Source: Nemertoderma westbladi (taxonomy: Eukaryota; Animalia; Xenacoelomorpha). Taken from it: DNA of 56,752 nucleotides. The translations under genes and the position numbers were made by a program. The notes below the pieces were generated by a model that was given only the letters and a program-made list of their open reading frames with translations, made no database searches and was not told the origin of the DNA. Below are positions 35,136 through 46,820 of this stretch, piece after piece (the stretch's first letter is position 1; every line of letters begins with the position of its first letter). Location: assembly GCA_032718475.1 (NCBI GenBank), contig JAUCBJ010003981.1:1-56752 (forward strand), read 5' to 3'.

Positions 35136-35484
35136 ACAGTAGAAAATTTCACAAACCCCCATTTAATGGTATGTAGTCTTACTTCAAAACTTAGCTAGCA
35201 CATTAGAGTTTTGATGATAGTCTGGGCTGACTGAATACTAAATTGAGTTTGTCATGGAACCCCCCTAGTTAGTAAACTGTCGGATCTGTAGTGGAAATCC
35301 AAAATGAGAAAACCAATCGCAGGGTTTCATTGCTTTAATTGCAAAATAATCCAAATATGTAGTCGTTCCGACTTCCGAACTATGTTGGTTTGATGGCCTA
35401 TGCTGAGAGCTCGAGTAACGGTGGGTGTGACATAGCTCACAGCTGTTGGCCGTAACTGCTAAATAAGCAACACGTTTTGAACAA

Positions 35485-35685
35485 TCAAAATTCATACCTC
35501 TCCAGAGGAATATCGACTCAAATACAGCAACAGTTAACTACTCCCAAAAATATTACTGTAAATACCTGTTATGTTAACTTTAGTTTATTGTTTTGATTAT
35601 AATTACGTGCAAGTTTAACCTGTTCATTTATCTTCATGATAATTTAACGTTGAGGCAAAATATTTAATTCGCCGAGATGGGATTT
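35485..35685 (+). repeat. Interspersed repeat family B, copy 2
   Basis: Colinear with 11398-11593. Confidence 0.65.
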
Positions 35686-37154
35686 GCGTCAAGCTTTCCC
35701 CCTCCCCCCCTCTCCATTAATTACATAATTTATGGTTTCTCAATTGGAAACAAATGAGTCTAGTGGCACCTACTGTATGTAACTGCATTCCCATGTTCAC
35801 AGCCTTTTCGATATTCAGCCACAGAGCTCAAGGCTGATAGCATATCTAAAGTATACTTGCTTATATCTGGAGTACCTTCTTGGAAGCGCTGGTTTGTGGT
35901 CTGTTATAAAAATGAAACTCCCCTATCCCAAACCTATTCCTATTGCTAAACCTAATAATAATAAACCTATAGGATAAAGCTATCCATATCGATATTCAAG
36001 TAATTTTTATCTTCTGCTTGAAGAACTCTAGAGGCAAATACATGCAACATTTTGACGAATGACGACACGACAGTATATGTAATATGTATGTACCAATGGC
36101 AAGATTTCATATTGTATTACTTTGTTCGTAGTAATACGTAGTTCATACAGTATGTAAGGTGAGCATCAGAGCATCCTTGGCAGTCTCATCTAGCTCAAAT
36201 TGTTCAAAGCAACTTTTCTAATTTCGTGAAAGTTTTATCTTTCGGGAATGTGCGTAATATCCTCTGTGCGCACATAATCCAACAATACAATACCACCAGG
36301 TATTACTACTGCCACGGCCGAGGCATTCGTGCGCCGGGGGCTCGAGTGGATTTTTCGTCCCCACCCCGAAGAAAAAATTTGCAAACTGTTAAAATTTGCG
36401 TTGGTTTGAAGCAATATATAAGGGGATACAACTCGTTAAAATAATTTATGGTAACGCAACTACAGTATATTTTTTTATATTTCAAACGGCAAAAAACGAA
36501 TTTGGTTGGATAATACTGTACGATAGGCCCTATATTTTAGTGTCATATTCGTGATCACAATCCCAGAAAACCCCCAATATCATAAAATCAGGTTGATTTG
36601 GATTTTTCATTATGAAATTTGTGCTACGTGTATTTTTTGTGCCACATATTAACACGTATCCAAAAAAGCCGTAATCAATAAGCTACAATATTATTCAGTG
36701 TCATATTCGTGATCAGCATCCTAAAAACACATGGTCATAAAATCAATTTGAATTCGTGTGATTTTTCATTATCCTATTTCCACTACTTGTTTTTCATGCC
36801 CCAGGGCCCCGCACTTTTAAAATTACAAATAATTTTCTCGAATGTTTTATTTGAGTTCTATGATCCATGATGCATCCAAAAAACCGATATATACCGCAAA
36901 TAAATTAATATAACGAAAACTAACATACAGTCCCAATCCCAATAAACATTAACTTGGTCGTTTTGGCGGCCAAAATGACCAAAATCACCAAAAAAATGTA
37001 GTGTATTCCTATGGGCTACTTGGTCGTTTTGGCGAAGTGATTTAACTCGAATCAGCTCAATCCAGACAGTCTGTCTCCTTGGCCATCCATTTGGTGGATC
37101 TGACTAAATGTCGGCTCGCTTTCATTTTTATTATTGACAGATTGTTAACTTACC

Positions 37155-37232
37155 CGGCGCTGAGACTTGCAGTACTGGAGTCCGCCCACTGAGCGGCGCT
37201 GAGACTTGCAGTACTGGAGTCCGCCCACTGAG
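37155..37232 (+). repeat. 39-bp tandem duplication
   Basis: CGGCGCTGAGACTTGCAGTACTGGAGTCCGCCCACTGAG occurs twice. Confidence 0.9.
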
Positions 37233-37308
37233 GCGTTGATAGAGTACACAGTCTTATAAAAGGAGTTGAATGGGGCTTCGTTAAAGGAGGAGTATGTATA
37301 ATAATCTG

Positions 37309-37547
37309 AACGTCCCGAAATTAATTTATGGACGTCCAGAAATTAACTATATGGACTTCCCGAAATTAACTTATGGACGTCCAGAAATTAACTTATGGAC
37401 GTCCCGAAATTAATTTATGGACGTCCCGAAATTAATTTATGGACGTCCCGAAATTAATCTATCAACCAATCAGAATCGTAATGAAATAACTAATTAATGG
37501 ACGTCCATAAATTAATTTCGGGATGTTAATTTCGGAAATTAATTTCA
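37309..37547. repeat. 22-23-bp tandem array with an inverted terminal unit
   Basis: About 7 GGACGTCCCGAAATTAATTTAT units, then reverse-complement units at 37499-37547. Confidence 0.85.
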
Positions 37548-37625
37548 ATAATATTTTTTTTTATTTTTTTTTAATAAAAATTTTTTTTAATATTTTTTTA
37601 CAATGTATAATTCGCGGACACTGCG

Positions 37626-38037
37626 GGGTGACTACAAAACAAAGACCCAATTATAAAAACCTCCATAATCTTGTTACATGTGTTAACTTTCGCTAATTGT
37701 TTTGAATCCCCCGTCACGCCTCTGTAACTTGCTCCTTTACTAACCTGCTCCTTTAAATAGCAATGGTACATAACGCTCATTGTGACCTGTACAAGACAAA
37801 GAGGTAAAGTCGCGTTAGAGTTTTAAAGAGCGTTAGGTTCCAAAGAGCTTTAGGTCCCATTGCCAGAGAGCGTGAGGTCACATTGCCATTTAAAGGAGCA
37901 GGTTAGTAAAGAATCAGGTTACAGAGCAACAGAGGCGTGTTGGGGAACCCAAACAATAAACGAAAGTTAACACATGTGTTTTGTATTTGTACAGGTCTTT
38001 ATTATTTGGGTCGTTGGTCTTTGTTTTGTAGTCACCC
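37626..38037. mobile_element. MULE-like MITE with long imperfect TIRs and a perfect 9-bp TSD
   Basis: GGGTGACTACAAAACAAAGACC ... GGTCTTTGTTTTGTAGTCACCC flanked by GACACTGCG (37617-37625 and 38038-38046). Confidence 0.88.
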
Positions 38038-39433
38038 GACACTGCGGTGTTGCGTGGGGGCCACCAATCCACCCACCCACACACAACTCCCAACTTCCTG
38101 GACACTAGGATACTGAGTGAAAGCGTCTGAAACTACTACAGGAACTCCATGACATACTATGGGCTAGCGACTCAGGACTGGCGCCCTTGAACATGTAAAC
38201 TGTATTACCTACTTTACCACCTACCTTAAAGTGACCTGTGGGACCAGCCCATTATTAGTGAGGTCGGCATTATCTTTATCCTGCCGCTCTCTTTGTATTA
38301 CAATAGCATACAGCTAACCAATAGCAATGGTCTACCCCCAGTGCGGGAAAGACAAGCTGGCTACCATTGAAATGAATAGGGAAAGGATAATATGGTGTGT
38401 TCGTGTTCCCATCCTAATGTCTGTCGTCTTGGCTCAGCTAAGCTTAAACAGAGCCACAGCCTACAATAGAGCTTTACCTAAATACACTTCCAGTGAGCCA
38501 AGCAGTAGTGGCGGGTTAGCTCCAAAATGCCCATGTAGGATTTCTTCGAAAAAGGACCAATTGGTTGAGTTACGAGTTACAGTGAAAAAGTATTCATGAT
38601 TAGATTTTGCTTTGAACAGGAGAAACAGTACCTTCTTGTATAGTTCATATGTGTACCTGTGTTAATTATTAGCGTTGGGCTTATTTCTATGTATAATGTC
38701 TGTATTCTATTTATGTCACGTGAAAACATGCAAGGCCACTAGCGTCCAGTTTAAAAAAATGAAAACAGGATTCACATTCCGAATTATCTACTAATTCCCC
38801 CCCCCCCCCCCCCCCCCCATGCACACTCACCATATAGGCCCAAGTATGATTCACACATGACCTTACATAGCCATCACACCTCTCCTGAGCCACGGTAAAT
38901 AATATTAAATCCAGCGAACTTCTAATTAACTCCAGCGAAATTAATTATCAATATTTTAATTATATTCAACGCAGATACACAGATAAAACACAATAATTAT
39001 TTATTAGATGGGAAAAAAGTTAAAATGTTTTCACTATTAATTCTCGAGGCATTATATTTACCGTGTGCGAGCGAGGTTAATAAAGGGTCAAGAAAATATT
39101 GAAAATAAAAATGTTCTATGTTTACCTTACAAAATGAAAAATAAACGTGCGAAGTATAATACAGTAGTGTCCCTACTCGAACGGAACGGAACCGTCCGGG
39201 GGGGGGGGGGGGGGGGGGGGGGGGTGTTGGGGAGGGAATGTCCGGAAATCGAAGCCTTTTTCTATCTGCCAACATCCTGGGCTTTACTTACACTCAGCCT
39301 CTATTCACTGGCTGTGATTGACAAGCCAACTTGCCTCAGAAGTTCCTTTCATGAATGCCGCAATTTATATTTGGCCACTTTGGTCGTTTTGGCCGCCAAA
39401 ATGACCAAGTTAATGTTTATTGGGATTGGGACT

Positions 39434-39895
39434 GTAGGGGTAGGTGCTACTCCAATCTGCTACCCGAAGGTAGGGCTGGGCGCTTCTCCTATCTGCTACC
39501 CAAAGGTAGGGGTAGGTGCTACTCCAATCTGCTACCCGAAGGTAGGGCTGGGCGCTTCTCCTATCTGCTACCCGAAGGTAGTGGTGGGCGCTACTCCTAT
39601 CTGTTACCCGAAGATAGGGGTGGGCGCTACTCTTATCTGCTACCCAAAGGTAGGGGTGGGGTGGGCGCTATTCCTATCTGCTACCCAAAGATAGGGGTGG
39701 GCGCTACTCCTATCTGCTACCCAAGGGTAGGGGTAGGTGCTACTCCTATCTGCTACCCGAAGGTAGGGGTGGGCGCTACTCCTATCTGCTACCCAAAGGT
39801 AGGGGTAGGTGCTACTCCTATCTGCTACCCGAAGGTAGTGGTGGGCGCTACTCCTATCTGCTACCCGAAGGTAGGTGTAGGTGCTTCTCCTATCC
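39434..39895 (+). repeat. 36-bp minisatellite, about 13 copies
   Basis: (GTAGGGGTAGGTGCTACTCCTATCTGCTACCCGAAG)n starting directly at the right TIR of the TA-TSD element. Confidence 0.93.
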
Positions 39896-39914
39896 AAAGT
39901 TTTGCTCGCAGCAA

Positions 39915-40030
39915 TTCTACTGTTCCTCATTTAATTTACCCCCAGAGGATGAAAGGCCGAGTGGACCATGGTTGCCATGGTTTCCAAATATAGATTGCAA
40001 ACCCTGAGTTCATCCAACTGAGCCCTTTCC
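39915..40030 (-). mobile_element. SINE-like remnant
   Basis: Minus strand GGCTCAGTTGG (A-box-like) and GGTCCACTCGGCCTTTCATCC...GGGGTAAATTAAATGAG, resembling a widespread metazoan SINE core. Confidence 0.4.
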
Positions 40031-40113
40031 TTGTTTACAATTAATTACTGTATTTGTGTATTGCTTTGTTTTGTTTGTAATACATATACAGTAGTTATTA
40101 TAGTTATTGATAT

Positions 40114-40452
40114 ATGTATACACTAATGTTATTACAAATTTCCTTAGGTCTGTGTAGTACAGAAGTAATAGTTCCGAAACAATACCCCGACTGTCCTGAG
40201 GACCAGCAGCTTTGCGACAGTTTAAAAGCTCTTATATGCAACGATGAAAGCGACCCAAAGATCTGTCTGGATACCAACTTCCCGACTCTGTGCGACAACA
40301 ATGAGAAGTTTTGCGACGAAGTATTGAAATGTGCCAGCGATTCCGATCCAAGGAAATGCGTCAATAACATAAATTCAAATCTCAACAGCGCAGCACAACC
40401 GATTACATTGGGCCTTTCATTTCTTCTCATTTTGGCATCAAATAGATTATAA
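40114..40452 (+). CDS. Small Cys-rich, probably GPI-anchored surface protein (complete ORF, or terminal exon from the acceptor at 40146-40147)
   Basis: Nine Cys, eight of them in two internal C-x6-CD-x4/6-C-x3-SDP-x2-C repeats. C-terminal NSAA + spacer + hydrophobic ITLGLSFLLILA. TTTCCTTAG acceptor just upstream of the mature part. Confidence 0.7.
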   Translation: MYTLMLLQISLGLCSTEVIVPKQYPDCPEDQQLCDSLKALICNDESDPKICLDTNFPTLCDNNEKFCDEVLKCASDSDPRKCVNNINSNLNSAAQPITLGLSFLLILASNRL

Positions 40453-42393
40453 TGATTTCGCATGAGTAATTATTGGTCCCCCAATTGTTTTATGCATTTT
40501 TAGTAGTGTTCACTTATAAGGACTACTTCTGTTTCAAAAATTACACTCACACTACACTATATTTAATTAAGTAAATATAATTTCATATGAATATTTTAAA
40601 TGGATACAGTAGGTATGATAAAATATTATAGATTAAGTTAATTAATCAATCAGCCATTAAAGGGGACCCCCATGGAATCGAGACTCTTTCTCTTTGGGGC
40701 TCATCATTTGCAGATTTTACTTCAGTATTTAAGTACTAGATCGCCATCAAGATGGCTTTAAACGAACCTGTGGGGCGAGCCACGAAGTGAGTGAGCCTTA
40801 TCTCTTACACGACAGACTCCAAGAAACATATGGGATTGGGAGATGCAATCCACTATACACACAATACATAGTAGCCTAAGCAGACAAATCACAATCACAA
40901 TAGGGTTGGTGCGCGAAAAAATTGTTGGGCTAGAAACAAAAGGTGCCCTGAATCGAGTGGCGGGGTGTGGTTTTTGTCTAATAACACGAGGAAACAGTCT
41001 AATGTCGGGTTTAAGTAAGCGCGGGAAGCCAATTTTGAAAATCCGCTGTGATTGGCTGCTACATATTTGACGTCTCTACACAGTGCTCAGATTTTCGATC
41101 GATTTAAGTACACATTTAATCTAAATCTAAATCTTTGATTTCAAATCATAAACCACAAATTCTTTAAATATTACGGAATAAAATGAGTCGTTGAGTGCAT
41201 GGTATTGAAAATCGACAATAAACCCGTCCATTTTCAAGCGAATCAGGAAATATTTATAAAAATAATGAGCAGGATAAGAATTACTATCAAAAAGAATAAA
41301 AAGTTATAAAGATCTTAATTAAATATAATAATGGGTGAGGAAAATTGTAATGAACTTAAAGACTTTTATTAACCAATAAGAAATAGTAGAAATTGTATAA
41401 TGTCATTTCCCACTCCACCTCGTAACGTAATCAAAACATATTCATAACTTCCATGATCTAGCCTTTCTAACCTACTTCAAAAAGTTTCAAGCTCTACTAC
41501 AGTAGCTCTAGTACTGTAATAGGGTTTATAGTAGTGATATAGTAGTGGTACAGTAATAGTGTATCACGCATTCAGCTAACCTCATATGGCCCATGGTTGT
41601 AGTTGGCCTATGTGCGATTCGGGGTTAATGCTGGCGCGTAAGATGTAAACCTAAGGTTTCCAATCTTACATAATAGCGAGAGCGTGCGATCATGCGTGCA
41701 GGCTGCTTCAGACAGTGCAATGTGTAAGAAGGCAATCTATTGCAAACCAGATGTTTATTGTAATTTTCTCAGGCGTATTTGACAATGGTTGTATGGTGTG
41801 TAATTAATGGTTGCAGTTAATAACGAAGCTGGAGGTTTAAATAATTTACAATTCGTGCAACCCCCACCTACGCGTTGACATACATTATAGGATTCAAAGG
41901 GATTAATTAATCTTGCTACGTCTAATAAGAGCCCAACAGCCTCAGATTATTGGGGGTCTGAGTCAGGGCCAAACTGGTCCACGTATTTTCCTATGAGGGT
42001 TAATTATGTTTTGGGCCTCGTCGCATCTTTTTCATTCGTTCTACTCTATCATTACCTACTGTATGACAAAAATAATACAAATGTACTGTATATTGTATTA
42101 TTGTTCCTATTGTATTGTATATATTATCTACTGTACCTACTGTAGTACTATCTATTCATCGCGCGTCCCTATCTGATTGATTTGTGTCAAATTAAATTGC
42201 CTTTGGCAACATTATTTGATACAAATCGATCGATTAAGCAATTAATTAATTGTTTAATCGACCAATTAATTAATTGATTAATTAATTAATGACCTACTTA
42301 ATACCTAAGGTGTGAAGTTGGTCCAACTGTCGCCGAAGAGGGGTAACCATAACTACTAACTCAGAACAATAGAGATGTGATAGTTGAGTAAGT

Positions 42394-44166
42394 TGGGTCA
42401 GTCCATACAATGTCCGGCACAACACATTCTATTTAACTAAGGTGCTGGGCCAGTCCATACAATGTCTGGCACAACACATTCTATATAACTAAGGTGCGGG
42501 TCAGTCCATACAATTTCCGGCACAACACATTCTATATAACTAAGGTGCTGGGTCAGTCCATACAATGTCCGGCACAACACATTCTATATAACTAAGGTGC
42601 GGGTCAGTCCATACAATGTCCGGCACAACACATTCTATATAACTAAGGTGCTGGGTCAGTCCATACAATGTCCGGCACAACACATTCTATATAACTAAGG
42701 AGTCTGGGTCAGTCCATACAATGTCCGGCACAACACATTCTATATAACTAAGGTGCTGGGTCAGTCCATACAATGTCCGGCACAACACATTCTATATAAC
42801 TAAGGTGCTGGGTCAGTCCATACAATGTCCGACACAACACATTCTATATAACTAAGGAGCTGGGTCAGTCCATACAATGTCCGGCACAACACATTCTATA
42901 TAACTAAGGTGCGGGTCAGTCCATACAATTGTCCGGCACAACACATTCTATATAACTAAGGTGCTGGGTCAGTCCATACAATGTCCGGCACAACACATTC
43001 TATACAACTAAGGAGCTGGGTCAGTCCATACAATGACCGGCACAACACATTCTATATAAGGTGCTGGGTCAGTCCATACAATGTCCGGCACAACACATTC
43101 TATATAACTAAGGAGTTGGGTCAGTCCATACAATGTCCGGCACAACACATTCTATATAACTAAGGTGCTGGGTCAGTCCATACAATTTCCGGCACAACAC
43201 ATTATATATAACTAAGGAGCGGGTCAGTCCATACAATGTCCGGCACAACACATTCTATATAACTAAGGAGTTGGGTCAGTCCATACAATGTCCGGCACAA
43301 CACATTCTATATAACTAAGGAGTTGGGTCAGTCCATACAATGTCCGGCACAACACATTCTATATAACTAAGGTGCTGGGTCAGTCCATACAATTTCCGGC
43401 ACAACACATTATATATAACTAAGGAGCGGGTCAGTCCATACAATGTCCGGCACAACACATTCTATATAACTAAGGAGCGGGTCAGTCCATACAATGTCCG
43501 GCACAACACATTCTATATAACTAAGGAGTTGGGTCAGTCCATACAATTTCCGGCACAACACATTCTATATAACTAAGGTGCTGGGTCAGTCCATACAATG
43601 TCCGGCACAACACATTCTATATAACTAAGGTGCGGGTCAGTCCATACAATTTCCGGCACAACACATTCTATATAACTAAGGAGCTGGGTCAGTCCATACA
43701 ATTTCCGGCACAACACATTATATATAACTAAGGAGCTGGGTCAGTCCATACAATGTCCGGCACAACACATTCTATATAACTAAGGTGCTGGGTCAGTCCA
43801 TACAATGTCCGGCACAACACATTCTATATAACTAAGGAGCTGGGTCAGTCCATACAATTTCCGGCACAACACATTCTATATAACTAAGGTGCGGGTCAGT
43901 CCATACAATTTCCGGCACAACACATTATATATAACTAAGGAGCTGGGTCAGTCCATACAATGTCCGGCACAACACATTCTATATAACTAAGGTGCGGGTC
44001 AGTCCATACAATGTCCGGCACAACACATTCTATATAACTAAGGAGCTGGGTCAGTCCATACAATTTCCGGCACAACACATTCTATATAACTAAGGTGCGG
44101 GTCAGTCCATACAATGTCCGGCACAACACATTATATATAACTAAGGAGCTGGGTCAGTCCATACAA
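42394..44166 (+). repeat. 51/52-bp tandem array, about 34 copies
   Basis: (GGGTCAGTCCATACAATGTCCGGCACAACACATTCTATATAACTAAGGTGCT)n. Confidence 0.97.
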
Positions 44167-45109
44167 ACTCGTCGAAACCTATTTTACTTATTTTACTGTG
44201 TATTAGCCATCAATGTCTTACTACTTGAATGATAGGGAGTTGTGGCGGCGCAATTTTCTCGACAAGCAGGCGCAGTGTTACGATATATGGCGCTGTGTAC
44301 TATTATCAGCCCATTATACAGTATAGAATATTTAGATAAGCCATAATGACGTGCAGCCATAGTTAGATAGGGAAAAATAAAATATACTACTAACTTATTG
44401 CTACGCTATTTGTGTTATGTTGCTAAAGAGTGCCTGATTCTTAAATGTGAATGCTTAGATAGGCGCTGTTTCCCTTGATTGATTTCCATTCCGTAGTTTA
44501 TGCTTATTAATTGCAAATTAGGTCAAAATAATACAGTATTTAGGCTGTTGCTAGTATAACCCAGTACGTAATAAATTAGAAGTACATATTCTGGAATATC
44601 TAGTAATTAGTACGCAAATTTGTATTTATGACTGTAATTAATTTAGCGATAAAATAAAATTAAGAATTTGTACGCAGCATAGCGGAGAGTAGTTTAAGTG
44701 ATTATTTAGAATACCGTAGACTATTCACGCTAGGTGGTTATTTGAAAATAGCGGGGCAACAGGCTGACAGCAGTGTCCAGTATACAGTACAGCAGTAGTA
44801 AGTTTGCTGGTCTAAAACCAGCCAAAGGCCAAGTTTCAGCACCTAGGAAAGTAACAGATCTGTCCCCGTAGATTATTAAAACATTCTCACATTCAACGTG
44901 TTCTACCCAGTGAATTCCAGTATTTTGCGATAAGTGAACTCTGAGTGTTAGGCCACCCGCACTCGTTTTAAGTAGCCTAGGGAGCCGACTCGGGTTTATT
45001 GTTTTGGTTATTCCCGCGTGGCTCATAGATTCGAACAGTTAGCTCTCTGTTGAGCAATCAACAGAGAAAGGAGCAAGCGATTTGTAGGAGCCGTATAGAA
45101 AATAATAGT

Positions 45110-45771
45110 ATAAAATATTTACCACACCTGAACATCAGCAAGCCAATGGTGCAGTAGAGCGCATGAACAGAACTTTATGTAATATGTTATCTCATTTTGT
45201 AAATCAACATGGTACAGATTGGGATACGTATTTGCAACAACTCATATTTGCTTATAATACTACATATCATTGCACCACGAAAGAGACTCCTTTCTATTTA
45301 ACACATGGAAGAGATGCAAATTTTCCATTTCAGTGTTTTTGTTGTTATCAACCCCGTATGTATGCAGATCAATATGATTTTATTGATGACTTAAAGGACA
45401 ACTTAGCAAAGTCATTCCAATTGGTTCAACAAAATGTTAAGAAAGCGCATGAATCATGGGAACAGGAATACAATAAAACGGCAAAACCTCATGACTTCAA
45501 AGTTGGACAACAAGTGCTACTATATTGTCCTGCAGATAAATCTGGAGCAGCACATAAATTTGCTCGTCCCTACCTTGGACCTTTTATTATTAAGTCACTT
45601 ACTGACGAAAATGCAGATATCTCACTAAAGGGAGGTGACGATTGTACAACCTTTACAGTAAACGTTTCAAAACTGAAACATACACAATTGGATATATCAA
45701 TGCCTTATGTAGGGAAAGAAACACAAACTGGAAGAAGATTTACGAATCGTGCGCAACTCAGTAACGCATGA
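45110..45771 (+). pseudogene. Ty3/Gypsy integrase C-terminal fragment
   Basis: TTPEHQQANGAVERMNRTL...DWD.YL....FAYNTT.H.TTKETPFYL.HGRD...FKVGQQVLL...KF.RPYLGPF (GPF/Y motif). Confidence 0.88.
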
Positions 45772-46111
45772 CTCAGTAATTATCAATTCTAAGAAAAAGG
45801 ACCTTCCAAATAGACAAGAAGTTGTTTCAAGTCATAGATATGAAACCCGATCTAAAGATAAATGATATAGGATATTTACACTAAACTAAATAATTTTATC
45901 GAAGTATGTATGGAGATGAAATATTATTAATTGGGCATTATATAATAATGAAGTGCAAAGAAATGTATATAGTATGTAAATGTAGAATAGTCGAAACTGA
46001 AAGTAAAATTTAATAATGGAAGAAGATGCATTGGAAGTTGCTACAATATAAAAGTCGAATTAGCAGACTCAAGTGAACTGTATTATAGCTTTTCGATGGA
46101 ACTCAAGCTTT

Positions 46112-46400
46112 GGTGGAGGGGATGTTGAGTATATTTTAGGACCTAACTGGCCGGATTAGGGACTGGACATGGCCTGACTCGAGACATGGTATTGCAGTAG
46201 GGTACCGGTAGTATGGTAGAGGTGATTGGGATACATGCTTACTGGTATGTCATCAGTATGTTTATGTACCGGTAGTACGGTTAGACTGTTGATTTTGATA
46301 TACTTTGTTTGGATTGGATGGATATCAATATTTCGCATATGTCAGTATGTAGCTTACTTTTTCTATAGGCCTACTTCAGTTACTTCTACTTTATGATCGC
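46112..46400 (+). mobile_element. Polypurine tract and start of a probable Gypsy 3' LTR
   Basis: GGTGGAGGGGA directly followed by TGTTGAG at 46123, about 350 bp after the integrase stop; LTR end not defined. Confidence 0.5.
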
Positions 46401-46413
46401 TATCCCGATTATA

Positions 46414-46820
46414 AAACCACGTACGTGTGCGAGACAGCCCAACGAGCACGTGCTGCGTGAAGACCCCACGTACGTGTGCGAGACAACCCCACGAGCACGT
46501 GCTGCGCGAAATCCCCACGTACGTGAGCGAGACAGCCCCACGAGCACGTGCTGCGCGAAGTCCCCACGTACGTGTGCGAGACAACCCCACGAGCACGTGC
46601 TGCGCGAAGTCCTCACGTACGTGAGCGAGACAACCCCACGAGCACGTGCTGCGCGAAGTCCCCACGTACGTGTGCGAGACAACCCCACGAGCACGTGCTG
46701 CGCGAAGTCCCCACGTACGTGTGCGAGACAGCCCCACGAGTATGTGCTGCGCGAAGACCCCACGTACGTGTGCGAGACAGCCCCACGATCCCGTGCTGCG
46801 CGAAGTCCCCACATACGTGT
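46414..46820 (+). repeat. 49-bp CpG-rich tandem array, about 8 copies
   Basis: (CCCCACGTACGTGTGCGAGACAACCCCACGAGCACGTGCTGCGCGAAGT)n. Confidence 0.95.

Larger units (their letters stand above)
36928..39434. mobile_element. Tc1/mariner/pogo-type non-autonomous element with TA TSD and ~56-bp TIRs, containing nested insertions
   Basis: TA|CAGTCCCAATCCCAATAAACATTAACTTGGTC... and ...GACCAAGTTAATGTTTATTGGGATTGGGACTG|TA, two mismatches. Confidence 0.85.

Noticed and set aside
39065-39993. ORFs with GVGATPICYPKV repeats
   Set aside because: Translation of a 36-bp minisatellite plus TE end and poly-G tract; frame switches within the array.
44276-45100. 5' LTR matching the Gypsy fragment
   Set aside because: Starts TGTTACG but shows no visible similarity to the sequence after the PPT at 46123, and no PBS or CA end was identified.
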